NCBI RefSeq assembly: GCF_001194135.2
Contig: NC_068992.1
Coordinates: 19,022,354-19,086,353, forward strand
Source: Octopus bimaculoides
Taxonomy: Eukaryota
DNA: 64,000 bases
Direction: 5' to 3'
Position 1 is the stretch's first letter. Each line of letters starts with the position of its first letter. A model generated the notes under the pieces. The model was not told the origin of the DNA. It saw nothing but the letters and a program-made list of their open reading frames with translations, and ran no database searches. Both the position numbers and the translations under genes were made by a program. Shown here in pieces: positions 12,391-26,094 of the stretch.

Positions 12391-13519
12391 AGTGAACATA
12401 AAATAGGACAATTATAAGACGATGTAAATAGAAATAAACTAAAAGAAATTATTATTAACCTTCTGGTTGTTGTTATTGTTTAATAGGAAGGGGAAGACAT
12501 GCTGGAGTATTGGAAACAACGCTTGCAGTGTTTAGTTCAATCCATTCGCAATCTGACTTTTGAAGTTTGTCTTTTATTCTTGCGGGGTCGATAAAATGAG
12601 TATTGACTTAGGTCAATATACCGCATATACTCGTGTACAAATTTCATTCGTGTAAAGTTGCGCCCCTAATTTAGTATCTAATCTTAGTACAATTTTGTTC
12701 CCTTCCATAATTCTAGGTTGCCCTGTGCAGAAGTCGCCTTCCAGGTCTTTTTATTTTGTATCCAGTTACAATCAGATATAAAATAATGGGACTTATGCAT
12801 GTATGAATTCAGTTTTAACTTTTCCCTTTTCTCGAATCTAAGTCTTCGTGTACATGTAAAAAAAAAAAAAAAATCATCATTACTGTTATTGTTGCAGTTA
12901 CTCCTCTTGTTGCACAGCAATATTCAATTGTTATGTACAGTATATCACAATAAGGCTTGTCATAACTAACAACTAATCTTTCCTATTCCTCTACTCTGTC
13001 TTTCTAGCCTAAATTTATCTATGTGATGCATTATACACGCATCACACACGCACTGCCTTTTCTATTTTCCTTCTTTCCCACTCGTTTTCTCTCGCTTTCC
13101 CCCCACCTCTCTCTATTTCTGCATTAGACTAAATGTAAGACCGAGCCTTACCGAGCATGTGACAGCTTGTCGCTTGTCTCTTGCAGAAGTGTCAAAGGAA
13201 TACAGATAATGCTGATTTCTGACATCTTTAACATTTAATGGCATCTTAAGAAATGCTGCGTAACATTTCGTATCAACAGAAGCAATGCTTGCACCACTGA
13301 GATGCTGTTGCAGCTACTACTGCTCCTGATTATAGTGATGACGACGATGATGATGATGATAATCATCATCATTGCAACAACCGTCATCATCATCGTCATC
13401 ATTTTATACTTAACCGATAAAGCTCAGAGTACCACATGTGTAAGCTGCGTGTTGGGTACAGATGAACTCAACCAAGTTCTCTGATGAGAACAGCAATAGC
13501 GCAGGAATTTTCGTGTAAA

Positions 13520-13735
13520 AATTGGTTTCAAATTGTGGAACAAAGCTGGCAGGATTCGGAGACGGGTTAAGTTGATTAAATCAACCTCAGTGTTCAACTG
13601 GCACTTATTTTATCGACCTTGAAAGGACGAAATGTAAAGTCGACTCTGGCAGACCTTGAACTCAGAACGTAAATACGGACGAAGTGACGCCAAGCACTTT
13701 GCTCGGCGTGCTAACGAATCTGCCAGCTCACCGTC
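13520..13735 (-). mobile_element. Major tRNA-derived SINE family, full-length
   Basis: Minus strand GGTGAGCTGGCAGATTCGTTAGCACGCCG...GTTCTGAGTTCAA...GGTCGATAAAATAAGT...CAATTTGAAAC; more than 15 related copies in the window. Confidence 0.85.
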
Positions 13736-14007
13736 ACCTTTCTTTGTGTAAAATTTGTTGCACAAAATATTTAGTATGGAGACACGAGACTGTTCGATGT
13801 TCGTGCTATTTCGTTTTTAAATTATAAATATGTATAAATCAAATGGCTGTTGAATATCCGTCATTTTACAGGCATGGCATCTCGTCCGTGTGCCCTCCAA
13901 TCTTACTCTTAATTCTCTTCCATTTGACCTAGGAGAATAGGACTGGAATGGAATCAATGCTGCCCTTCTCACACGAGTTTTCAAAATTTAGCGGCATTCG
14001 GCAATTT

Positions 14008-14360
14008 CAGATTCTCAACCAATTTTTTTTTTTTATGTGTGGACCCATTGGATTATTATTTTATTTTGGCGGAACCCATAACCGTTCAGAATTTAAAAAC
14101 TAGTTTTAAAGAAACGTCTTTCAAAATTCCTATTTTGTATTTCACACATTAATTTATGTAGGTTGAATTCTGTAAAATCTTAAACAAAGAATCGTAGCTG
14201 TTTCTTGCAATACATAACAATTCATACATCTAAAGCAGAAATTTTCCGTGGAGCCTTAAAATACTATCATGGACACCCAATTTACTCTTTTGCTTCATGG
14301 ACCCGCCAAAAATCTTATATGGCCTCTGAGGGTCCATATAGACCCCGGATGAGAACCATT
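14008..14360. mobile_element. hAT-like MITE
   Basis: Imperfect terminal inverted repeats CAG.ATTCTCAACC (14008) and GGATGAGAACCATT (14347-14360); related end CAGCGGTTCTCGAC at 57900. Confidence 0.45.
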
Positions 14361-15060
14361 TATTTAGATGAATTATCTTTTAGAAAAAGAGCAAAAAGTT
14401 TTTCTTGAGTCGGCTACGCCCACGAAAGGACCATTACTATTGGTGGGTGATGCTACTATCGCTACCACTGTTACTACCTACATCCACTCGGCTTTTATTA
14501 TTAACGTTGATACTAGATGTCACTGCTACTACTGTTACGGTTGGCGCCTTCACTGCTTTTGATGTTGCTGCAGCCATCTCCGTCTTCTTCTCCATTTAAC
14601 ATATAATTAACATAATATTATCGTAGGTGTTGCTTCTGCCACCATCATCATTGGTCGTCTTAAACAATTTTGCCACAGAAGAAAGAGAAGGAAGCGGAGG
14701 AAAGCCTTCATCTGTAAGAGGGCAGGTGAGAGGAAAAGTTTACTTTTTGATTGTTTTTACGCTGGCTCGTAAGGTTGCCATCTTGTATGTTGATAATTTT
14801 ACATAAAGAAAAAAAAATAAAGAAAATACGCCCACCAGGCGTATTCTAGTGGTTGCAATATTCTGCCACTGACAGGGCAAAGACAAACACAGGACACCAG
14901 CCAAGAGATTACTGATGTTCTTATTAACAAGTTAGAACCAAAATTTAGCACAAAAAAACAATAACAAAGAGGTGAAAACAGCAATTATAACCGAGACTCA
15001 CTTAACGCGTTCAAAAGTACGTTTGTACTATTCCGCAGCAAATATAACAATAGCAATAGC

Positions 15061-15061
15061 C

Positions 15062-15122
<61 letters not shown>
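15061..15122. repeat. (AAT)n microsatellite
   Basis: Seen directly. Confidence 0.95.
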
Positions 15123-15123
<1 letters not shown>

Positions 15124-15451
15124 TGAAAAATAGATTAACTGAGATCAAAGGCGATGAATGAGAAACATAAACCAAGTCGAGTGAAATTATATGTGGTTAA
15201 ATTGAGAGAAAAATATGTTCAACAAAGCGTATTGAGAAAACAACGTGGCAGCAATATTCACAATAAATAGTGAAAATAGTAGGAAGTAAAACGAGACCCA
15301 GGTGTAAGCAAATTAAACAAGATTTAACATACGTAATTAATAGTTGAGAGGAGAAGCTAACTGTATAAATAACTATTGATAGTAAATGCAAACGAATAGA
15401 AAAAAGTAAAAGACAAAACAAAAGGATATGGTGATATGTTGGTAAGTTTCT

Positions 15452-15452
15452 A

Positions 15453-15542
<90 letters not shown>
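15452..15542. repeat. (ATT)n microsatellite
   Basis: Seen directly. Confidence 0.95.
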
Positions 15543-15543
<1 letters not shown>

Positions 15544-15679
15544 GTTCTTTCATGGTATTCAGAATGTAATTATTTCCTGCTGAGCAGGCAGAGATGTAAT
15601 TTGCTGTAGTAGAAGAAAGCATTCATATGGCTAACATACCTACAACAAAAATACCAAATAATAATAAAAAGAACAAACA

Positions 15680-15683
15680 CTAA

Positions 15684-15774
<91 letters not shown>

Positions 15775-16206
15775 GTTTACCATGCAGTGAAGTCTATAAC
15801 TAATGTTTCTATGAACCCTGTCATAATTACAATATTGATTGCAGCTGCTGCCGTTGATGACGATTACGACGACAACGACGATGATGACGACGACAACGAG
15901 ACTGATGATGATAATGATGATAATAATCATCATCACCATCGCCGTCATCATCATCATATTGAAGGCGATGACAATGATAGTGATGAAAGTCTCGACGTCG
16001 ATGATGATGGCAAAGACAAAGGTAGCGAAGATGAGGATGATGATGATGACGATGGTGATGATAATGATGATGATGATAATGATGAAGTTGATGGTGAATA
16101 TGACGAAGATTACGACCATGACCACAACGATGGTGATGATGACGGTGAAGGCGACAAGGACAACGACGAAGATCACAGCATCGATGGTAACACTCTAGCG
16201 AACTGA
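15680..16206 (+). repeat. (ACT)n(GCT)n, then a degenerate GAT/GAC/CAT trinucleotide tract carrying an Asp-rich ORF
   Basis: Seen directly; ATG 15811 to stop 16206 is open. Confidence 0.85.
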
Positions 16207-16919
16207 TGATAAAAGAGTATGAAAGTTGAAGCAAAATAAACCGATTCTCGAGAGACGTGGACTTGTATTGTGCAATGAAACATATTTCTGCAAGTGTACA
16301 TGGCACGATGATACACATTAGATGATGTTTAGCGGGTTACGTATGAGAGATGAACGGTTACCCGTGATGTGGGAGAAAACAAGAATAGAAGTTTGTTTTT
16401 CAACTACAACCGCCTGTTACATAAATCATGAAAAAATATGTATAAAATATCCAGTTGGGTACCGTACGAACAATCACTTGTAATTCGGGTTATGACTTAC
16501 AGCATCGATCTGTGAGGAACACCTAGAATTGATTAAGGTAATCAATGCCAATAAATTTCTTCCGATGGGTAAATCTTGGGTTCGGTTCTCTGAATTTTAC
16601 ATATTTTACCGAATCTATACTCAAGAGAATTACAATTTGGTACAGACGTATATATCCATCAGGGGAACAACTTCCGAATTATCTCTCTTCCATTAAACTT
16701 CAATTTTATACAATAGCTACTATAGCCATATTTGCATTATGTATTTTTAGTGAATACACATAGTAGCTCGTATTTACATATGTGTGCTCCTGGTTGCGGA
16801 GTTTCACATGTTTTTCCACATATTTTGGCATCAAACTTGGTACATAGTGTTGTGAATTCGTACGATTGTATATCTATCCGTTTGTGTGTCTATTTATATA
16901 TAAGTTCATGTATGTATTC

Positions 16920-17460
16920 GTAAGTTCTTGTATATGTCCATCTGCTCGAACTGTTTACATGTGAGTTCACTTTGTAGACAGCAGACTATATGACTAGACC
17001 AGTGGGAAGGCTTTTTGAGAAACAGTTGTTTACAACAGAGTTCGTTTATCCATGTATGGCATAAAATCAACTATATTATTATATCTTAAATGACAAATGT
17101 TGATTTACAAGGTACAAATATCCATTATTTTAATGGAATATATCGGAAGTTGTATCATTCATGTCTTTCCTCTAAAAGATTAACAACTGCGTTAAAATAG
17201 TACATTAAGAAATCGAAAAACATTCAGTGATCCTGTCCCTCAGAAAGTGGATTCTTCATGAATATAAACATTTTCACAAATATATAACTACACACGGAAC
17301 CGAACATAAAATATATGTTCCTTTCATATATTCTCAGCATTCTTATCTGACTGCTACTAACACGTAGACATTACTAAACTTGTCAACGTTCGGTAAGGAG
17401 AAGGTTAAGTCGCTGACAAGGGAAACGAAACGTACAGCGGTTTTTTGCAAAATTATTCTA
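16920..17460 (-). pseudogene. Carbohydrate sulfotransferase (Sulfotransfer_2, CHST8-14-like) remnant, copy 2
   Basis: One minus frame with several stops carries, in family order, FAKNRCTF (5'-PSB PKVGCT.W), KMFIFMKNP (KF.FVR.P) and SHWSSHIVCC (HW.P...LC.PC). Confidence 0.45.
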
Positions 17461-18779
17461 CAGATGCCGTGAGCTATCAAGCCTTAAAGGGTTAATTCAC
17501 TGTCAACAAGGTTTAGTAGCGCAATATCTATAAACATAAATATACATTTTTCATTGTTTTAATATCGGTCGACAGCGTTATTGCAATACTTTAACATGGT
17601 AATAGTAGTAACAGTAATAGTAGAATTATTATTATTTTTGCTATTGTCGCTGTTCGTGTTCTTGTTGTAGTTGATGTGGTGTTGGTGTTGATGGTGTAAG
17701 CATANNNNNNNNNNNNNNNNNNNNNNNNNNNNNNNNNNNNNNNNNNNNNNNNNNNNNNNNNNNNNNNNNNNNNNNNNNNNNNNNNNNNNNNNNNNNNTAT
17801 ATATATATATATATTTCACTACTACCGTCGAATATATTTCTGAATTCTTACATTTTTAAACAATTAAGTTATTCCCGTTCTATGCTTAGTATAAATTAGC
17901 CTGACAATTCTTAGAGTTGTGTCCCCGTCCCTCTAATAATTGATATTGAAAATGAGTCAGTACAAAGCGTCACCCTTACCACTCGTCGTCCGCTACCCAC
18001 ACCACTAATGTATTCTAACATTTCTACGTTTACATATGTATTGCTAAACTTCTATACATACGCCTACACATACATGTAAACTAATATTTGCTTATATACT
18101 TAAGTAGAAATATATCCATATTTGGATATACCCTATACATGCAGCTATATAACTTAAGCAAGCACACATTCTTTTGTTAACTGTAGTGTCATTATTGTAT
18201 AAAATTCCCTGAATAGATAATTTTACAGCAATGCATGATCTTGCAGAATTGTCACTTATTACTTATCTACAAAAATATATGAATAACCGATTTTGATATA
18301 CATGTATGCATATTTATAAGCAATAACCATAGCATGTTTATATGCCAGTACTGAATCTATTATACCTGACTGACAAAGGAAAATACAACGATATAAGTAA
18401 TACAACTATAATAAATATTGGATTATACAGATAGTATAGCTAAGTCGGCATGTTTCGGTTTCATCTTATTGTTTATTATTATTATTTTTTTTACAATGAA
18501 TAAATTCATTGACTTTTGTAAATTAGAGTTTCTCCGGAATATTGGTCGTTCGTAGTTGTGTATTGTAGAAGCTTTATTACCTCTAGTGGAATCTGTTTTC
18601 TGAATATTTTTTTATGCTTGTAAACAGCATTTTTTTTTTTTTTTTTTTTTTTTTGTGGAATTTGTTTCCAAGTAACCCTATATCTTTGATATCATTTTTT
18701 AAAATCCATTTAATAAGCATGATCTTTGTTTTGTACTGCTCTGTTGTATATATTGCAAATTACCATGTAGTATGGGTTG

Positions 18780-21170
18780 GAGTCTGAACTTTCTTATCAT
18801 TACATTCAGAATTAATTCTTCTATTTATTATTTAATATGCATTGGTATTGTTGATGGAGAATGCGAAGAGCAAAATCACGTTCTGAGTTCGATTACCACC
18901 GATAACAAGAATGACTTCACTTTTTACAGAATCAACATAAACACCAGAAATATTTGGACATTATTTTCAACAATACCTCTTCTCTAAGATTCTATGTTAT
19001 CTCGTTTCCTGTGATTTCTCATCGTTTCTCTTTTCACAACCGTAACATTTAAATTTTGGTAAAATCTAATCTTCAGGTTTCATACAGAATAATGAAAGTC
19101 ATAGTCAGCGGTAATATATCCTATGTTTGACATTATTGACAAAATCTCCTGAAAGCAGTGCTCCAGTATGGTCGAAGTCCAATGATTGAAAACAAATAAA
19201 AGAGTAAACAAGAAACATGTTTATTGGTATTATTCAGGTTTGCGGTCTGTCTGAATTTCTGAATTGGAAAATTATTATAATCATACGCTAAGAAATTCAA
19301 ACCAATGTTCTCACCTTGCATGTTATTGCATTCATATTTCAGTTGTTGTACTCTCTGTCCTTTTACCAGTGACTGTTCTATTCGGTAATGCGTTCGGAAT
19401 TTAAAACGAATCCGTCTATAAAATCCACTGTGGCTCTTATTCTCTCATGCATATCAGGTATGTTCTGTGTATTAATAATTTTGCTACATGTGATTCCACT
19501 AGTTTGTTGCGCTTCAAGCTGAGTATATACAGCTTGACTGGCATACTGACTACCGAAAGTACTAGTATTAACACTCAATATCATGTTCTCTATAGTATTA
19601 ATGAACATCTTTTTTGATTTCATACTCTAAGAGCATTCCAGAATGCATAAGTACCTGTAGAAAGCTGGAGAAAGGTAGACTGGCCAACGCCTTGTGATTA
19701 TAACAACCAAGACGAGAACACTATTCTGAATGTTCTATAGGATGATATAGTCTGTGGTTTTACTATAAGGTTTTACTACAAAGTAATAGGTAGCAGCAGT
19801 AGGTCTCCGGATGATTTTGTCATTACGTTATGTAATTTATTATAATATTCATTATTTGATAAATTTTAGTGTTGCTGATGGAATATTTATATTCAGGAAT
19901 ATTTGATTTAAAAATCTTTGAAACATTAAAATCAAAGTCAGTGCAATATTTAGACAAGTCAAATTACGTATTGAGTTCTGTTGTTTGTGTGAGTGATATT
20001 GCCTCGCATATTTCCGTGGTCAATAAAATATGTACCTTGCAGTTGTAGTGATTATTTGATTGGTTGTGTTCCACATGAAAAGCTTGTATCCTATACTGAC
20101 TGTTAGGCTTATTCCCAGTAGCCATTAACCGACATATATTTATATTAAACATCATTTGCTTTGATCTCACCTATTTAACTGGATGGTTAGTTGATATTTA
20201 GTAGTCATAGGCACTAAAACAAGCCTTTCAATGTTAAATAAAATATTACAAATCATTATTACGTAAAGGTAATGCTGCACTAGACACTGTAATGTTCAAG
20301 TTAAAAGGTGTACAGCATATTGCCTTGATACTGATATGTTCTGATTTATATTACGTAGCATACTGTAGTATGTTTTGCGGATATAAACGACTATATCCAA
20401 GTAGTATGCCATATTAAATCTCGAGAACGAATAGAGCTCGGTCTGTCCGTAAATAGAAGCAAACCACCTTGATATTTGAGGAACAGTTGATGACGTAAAT
20501 GATTTGTATAGCCTCGCAATGATCTGCGTGTTGAAACTGGCACCAAATGTAAAATCGGATGGATAGCAGCTGTATCTTGGTGTTCCATAGACACAATGCA
20601 TCCACCTATTCCAATATCATCGCAATAATAACGGAGCCAAATTATAGAGAAATGTGGAGGAGAATTATGAAAGCATCAAAATACTAGTAATTTGACAAAG
20701 GTATTGGTGGAAAATCGTGAAATTTTCGCACCACGCTCAGAACAGAAACGAAGAATTATAAAGAGGCGTATCATCGCCGCATACACTCCAAGAAACATTA
20801 ACGAAACGAAGAATGTGACTGGTTAATTTCATACTCTAAGAGCTTTTCAGAATGCATAAGTAAGTACCTGAAGAAAGCTGGAGAAAGGTGTACGAAAGGA
20901 ACATTGTAATGACCTCCGGTAGATGTAAAGAAGCGAAATGGAAGACTTAGGCCACAGGAGAATCTGAAGTATGTCAAGAGACAGTGGAAAATCATAGAAC
21001 ACACAACTGATTAAGGATGCAGATGTAGAACGGTTCGATACGGAAACATGCTATCAATTGACTAAATTGAGAATCTCTGACTCCTCGTTACTATCACTTC
21101 AGTATATATTTTGATTGTTAACATCCGTCGGCGATTCAGTGTTACATAAAATAATGGTGGCTACTTAAAG
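18780..21170 (-). pseudogene. STELLO/DUF288-like glycosyltransferase remnant, intronless and heavily decayed
   Basis: In order: IILCNTESPTDV (~21155), IWLRYYCDDIG (~20640; family WPRG.PL..IG), GCIVSMEHQDTAAI (QG...G.PDVDAI), SFNTQ..LYKSF (PFNSQN...AF) and GYITADYDFHYSV*NL (19121-19074; G.L...DD..LN.WNL). Confidence 0.45.
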
Positions 21171-23199
21171 TGTTAGATAACATAGTAGTGACTAACTACA
21201 GTGATATTGCTTGACAGAGCTCCAAATCTCTGAAGCAGTGAAATGAGCTAATGTGGCCCAACGCAGATAAACAACAAAATATGCAATGAATTGAGATCAA
21301 CTGTAGTATATTGTGATCAACTATATTATTAAGTGTAATATTTGAGTACCTGTGATTAGCAAGAAGAATATATAGCAATATCTGAAAATATCTGGTCTAC
21401 GTTAAAAATATTTCTTCAGTTACATTAATAGTAGCTAAAGGAATTTGCTTTCTATCTACATGTCGAAAATTCTTTCTTACTGAACATTTGTTCTTCCAAA
21501 ATTTGACTTATATTTTATTAGTATCCTATTAGTTAGTGCTAAGTTGAAGTCACAAAATTGTCATCGATCGGAATTTTTTCTTTTTATCGTTTGGTTTATT
21601 TTATGATGTTCTATCATCTGAATTGATAAAACTCAGCTAATTTCTTGGAGGCCTTATTAATTTTGAAGATACCAGAGTTTTATCAAGAAGAAAATAAGAA
21701 AAGTAAAATGGATGACTAAATAAATATATCATGTAATCATTTGTATCTCGCTGTTAAACGAAAACGCATCTGATCACATCACCTGCTTGACAATTATTGA
21801 TTATTTCAAAACGAAGAAAAAAACAATTCTATTTTCATTTTTCTCTTCACGTTCTTGTCCCAAGTCTAATGAGATATCGTGTAAGGCTGCTGCTAATGCA
21901 AGCTGTTATATTTACTGATTTATTTTTCTTATATTTTCAGCAATCTCCGGACGTTATGCAGGTGGAACACTTGAAATAACTGATTACACACACACACACA
22001 CCACACACACACACACCACACACACACACACCACACAGACACACACAGACACACACACACACACACAAATACACACACATGTTAACTGTATATATATATT
22101 TATATATATANNNNNNNNNNNNNNNNNNNNNNNNNNNNNNNNNNNNNNNNNNNNNNNNNNNNNNNNNNNNNNNNNNNNNNNNNNNNNNNNNNNNNNNNNN
22201 NNNNNNNNNNNNNNNNNNNNNNNNNNNNNNNNNNNNNNNNNNNNNNNNNNNNNNNNNNNNNNNNNNNNNNNNNNNNNNNNNNNNNNNNNNNNNNNNNNNN
22301 NNNNNNNNNNNNNNNNNNNNNNNNNNNNNNNNNNNNNNNNNNNNNNNNNNNNNNNNNNNNNNNNNNNNNNNNNNNNNNNNNNNNNNNNNNNNNNNNNNNT
22401 ATATATACATATATATACATCCAACATACATGGACACGCACATACATACACGCATACATGTATTCACACATCCATACATATTTTACTCACTTTTCTCTCC
22501 TGATGAACATTTAAAGTTAACCTAATTCATTAAAGCTATAGCAGGTGATATGAGTTGTAAATAGTTATTACTGGCTTATTAGCAGTTGATCAAAACTTCT
22601 TCATATCTCTCTTATATAGAATACAAGAGTGGAAAGTAAGAAACAGAGATTGAAAGAATGAATGAAAGAAGTAAAGAAAGAAAACAAAAACAAATGAATG
22701 GAAGAAAGGAAAAGGATAAAAGAAACGAATAAAAAATATTAAAAAGCCGGAAGAAAAAAAGGCGACTGAGAAACTTGACATAAGAAAATAATATAAAGAG
22801 AGAAAAGGAAAGAAAGAAAATAGCACAAGAAAGAACACAAAACACAAAAAAAGACATAAAAAGAAACGGTAAAAATGTGATTAAATATTCTCAGAAACTA
22901 CAAATTGTTTTACTTTCGTTATTGTTTGAAAAAGCTAAATGAAATAAAAAGAAAACAATCATTGAAATATAATAAAACAGAGTAAGGCTTGATTTGTTTT
23001 CTGAATTTGGATCATATTTTAAAAATTATCGGTTTAAAAGAAGAGCTTGAGATTAATGATAATTATTGGCCACCAAGGTCTTACAGAGAGAATACAATCT
23101 TTGCCCGACAAACGGGCTATCACATATGCAGATTTGCGGACTACCCCTAGTTTGGATAATTTACAACTTCCGAGGTTCCGCTAGCTATGAATCATATGT

Positions 23200-24130
23200 A
23201 GCCTGGATTTTATCTACCCATATTTTGAACATATATATATATATATATAGAAATATATATATATAATTGTCACTAAATGGGACTAAGGTGTTAAGAAACA
23301 CATATATTGCTAGAAATGCAAGCAAAACTGCTCCAATGATGTAGTCAACGTAAATGAATGAAAGCATGCACTAACAGGGACCTGAATCGTCCGAAAAATG
23401 CCGATCCTTATAATACTCTTTTTGCTGAAACGTTGTAACCGGCTGTTTATATTAACTTTATGTATACACATTAGGGAATCACTAGACCATCCATGAATAT
23501 AAATGACGAAAACATATATACTAATAAAGAAGGAAGCCGAGCTAGCTTAACTGATAAGGCAATAGAAATTGCCGAAACTGACGTCAATATTAAGAATTCT
23601 CGATCGGAATTTTGCGAATGATGCAGATCCCTGTTAGTGCATATGAGCGCTACTAATGCGGAAAAGTCCATGTCATGTTTCATAAGTGGCAGCGCTTCGG
23701 CGATGACTCCTGGTGATGAGAATGAAGCTTTAAAAACGTCGATACATAAATAACAATAGCAGTAGGTACGATCGTCAATTCTTGGGCCTTATATTGTCAT
23801 CACCTCCGCACAGTAGTACATAGACATGAATAAGTGCGGAGATGACGCTCGCCAAAATGAGTTTAAGTAGCTTTGGCATGAAGTTTCAGACCCTAGGAAA
23901 AAATCTCTTCCAATGGCTACAAGAATATCCCGCAAATGATGATGCGGAGATGAGTTCAGTCAGTATGTTGATGTTTGGGAAGGTATCAAGGTGTTAAACG
24001 TGATATATCAACGGACACTTCACGGCCTGTTGCTCAAACGTGGGAGGGAGCAGGAAAAAAGGGGCTACAGCCAGCAATCGAGCACCTTCAGAGTTATGAG
24101 GATGGTTGAAATAGGAGAAATTTGATGAAA
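23200..24130 (-). pseudogene. Possible MFS-type transporter remnant
   Basis: Hydrophobic stop-interrupted frames with FFLGSETSCQSYLNSF, *GSAFFGRF and FSSFIFMDGLVIP, resembling MFS sugar-transporter helices; motif order is not fully consistent. Confidence 0.25.
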
Positions 24131-24434
24131 GACTATGCTCTCCTTAATTCGTATTCCTTAACCATTTTTGAATCCTATTAGATAAAAGTTTTGCTTTAAT
24201 CAAGTAAGTCATGGTGGTGTCGGTAAAAAGCAATGGACAATTTAAGCATCGCAATTTGACTTAATGTAAACTAGCTTGATTTTGTCTCAGTAAATACATT
24301 AGATATGTAATCAATCTTCCCGTGCTTATCATGGTTATAAAGGACATTATCACCATCATCATCATCATCATCATCATCATAATAATAATAATAATCATCA
24401 CCATCAAGTATGGCTTATATTGTTTACAAAATAG

Positions 24435-24830
24435 CGCTGTGTCGTAGAATCGGTAGAGTATGGGAGATAATGTTTTGGAAACTTGTTCCGGCCGTTTAAC
24501 TCTAGAGTTTAAATCAAGCCCAGGTCGACTTTGATTTTCATTCTTTCAGAATCAATAAACTAAGACAGCAGTCAACTATGCCCAGTCTCAAATTGCTGGC
24601 TTATGCATAAATTACAAACCATCAGAAACTCATTTGAAATCATTATTTAAGATGAATCTAAAGTGGCGTGGTGATAGTATCGGTAGAGCATCGCCAAAAA
24701 TGCTTTGCGACATCTGTTCCATCTCTTTATGTTCTGAGTTCAAATATTGCTGATTTTAAATTTGCCTTTCATTCTTTTGTGGCCGATAAATTTAGTACTG
24801 AGTCGTTGTAATCGACTAACCCCTTTCATT
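24435..24830 (+). mobile_element. Two adjacent degenerate copies of the major SINE
   Basis: GTAGAATCGGTAGAG...GAGTTTAAATC...GGTCGACTTT (24442) and GATAGTATCGGTAGAGC...GTTCTGAGTTCAAAT (24673). Confidence 0.7.
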
Positions 24831-26021
24831 CAAAGCTGCAGGCATTCTGCTTATTTTAGAGAATATTTCCTAAAATGCAAGTTTGCGATGCGTGGGACAT
24901 TTTGCTGCTATTTCGTGCTAGCAGTGCATTATATTTGCAGATTTCGATGGCGTAACTTACAAGCGGTAGACCTAAACCAAGAAAGAAATTATCGGGGGTG
25001 GGGTATGTTTATTCCTGTTTAAGTAGGCTACAAAATAAATCTATCGGTCGGATAGCGCATTTAGCGGTAAACTTTCCGTTGCAAGAATTCACACTTTGAG
25101 AATAACATGACTCGGTCCTTGCAAAAGTTTCTCAGTTCCGGTGAAATTGTTAACAAAAAGCTGTTAAAAAGCTTCACGCGGAGATAATTTGACACGAAAC
25201 TGATTTAATACATTGCAAATATCCTAACAAGCCATAGAACAATGAATATATGGATATATAGGTGTAGCTTAAAATATAGACAAAAGTGTAAAGTTTATAT
25301 AGTAAATAATCTCATTACAATAAATGGTCAAGTGATTCGATTATTCTATTTAATATGCTCCATAGGAGCGAAATAATCTCTCATGATTTTGGTACAAAAA
25401 CAAGTGAACTTTGATTTTACACGAAGATATTGTTAGAGACTGTAAAATTCTCGGCATGAATTATGTTGTATAGAGTACAAACACATGTATTTTTCTATAA
25501 TCAATATAACACAATGTAATATCAACGAACTTAGATAAAATCTAAACGTCAACTGAAACAATATCTTGCTTCCAAATTCACACCATTGACATTTACACTT
25601 CCGTTTCTGATATTAGAGTCGATATCTATCAATATCTATCTATCAATATATATATANNNNNNNNNNNNNNNNNNNNNNNNNNNNNNNNNNNNNNNNNNNN
25701 NNNNNNNNNNNNNNNNNNNNNNNNNNNNNNNNNNNNNNNNNNNNNNNNNNNNNNNNNNNNNNNNNNNNNNNNNNNNNNNNNNNNNNNNNNNNNNNNNNNN
25801 NNNNNNNNNNNNNNNNNNNNNNNNNNNNNNNNNNNNNNNNNNNNNNNNNNNNNNNNNNNNNNNNNNNNNNNNNNNNNNNNNNNNNNNNNNNNNNNNNNNN
25901 NNNNNNNNNNTACATACATATGCATATGCATATATATACTTATATATCCAAATGTTTGATTATATATGTATCTCTGTATCTCTGTTACACACACACACAC
26001 ACACACGCACACACACACACA

Positions 26022-26094
<73 letters not shown>

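Noticed and set aside
15197-16318. Poly-Ile, poly-Ser, poly-His and Met-rich ORFs overlapping the trinucleotide tracts
   Set aside because: They are alternative frames of the same microsatellites; only the Asp-rich frame was kept, as a low-confidence lead.
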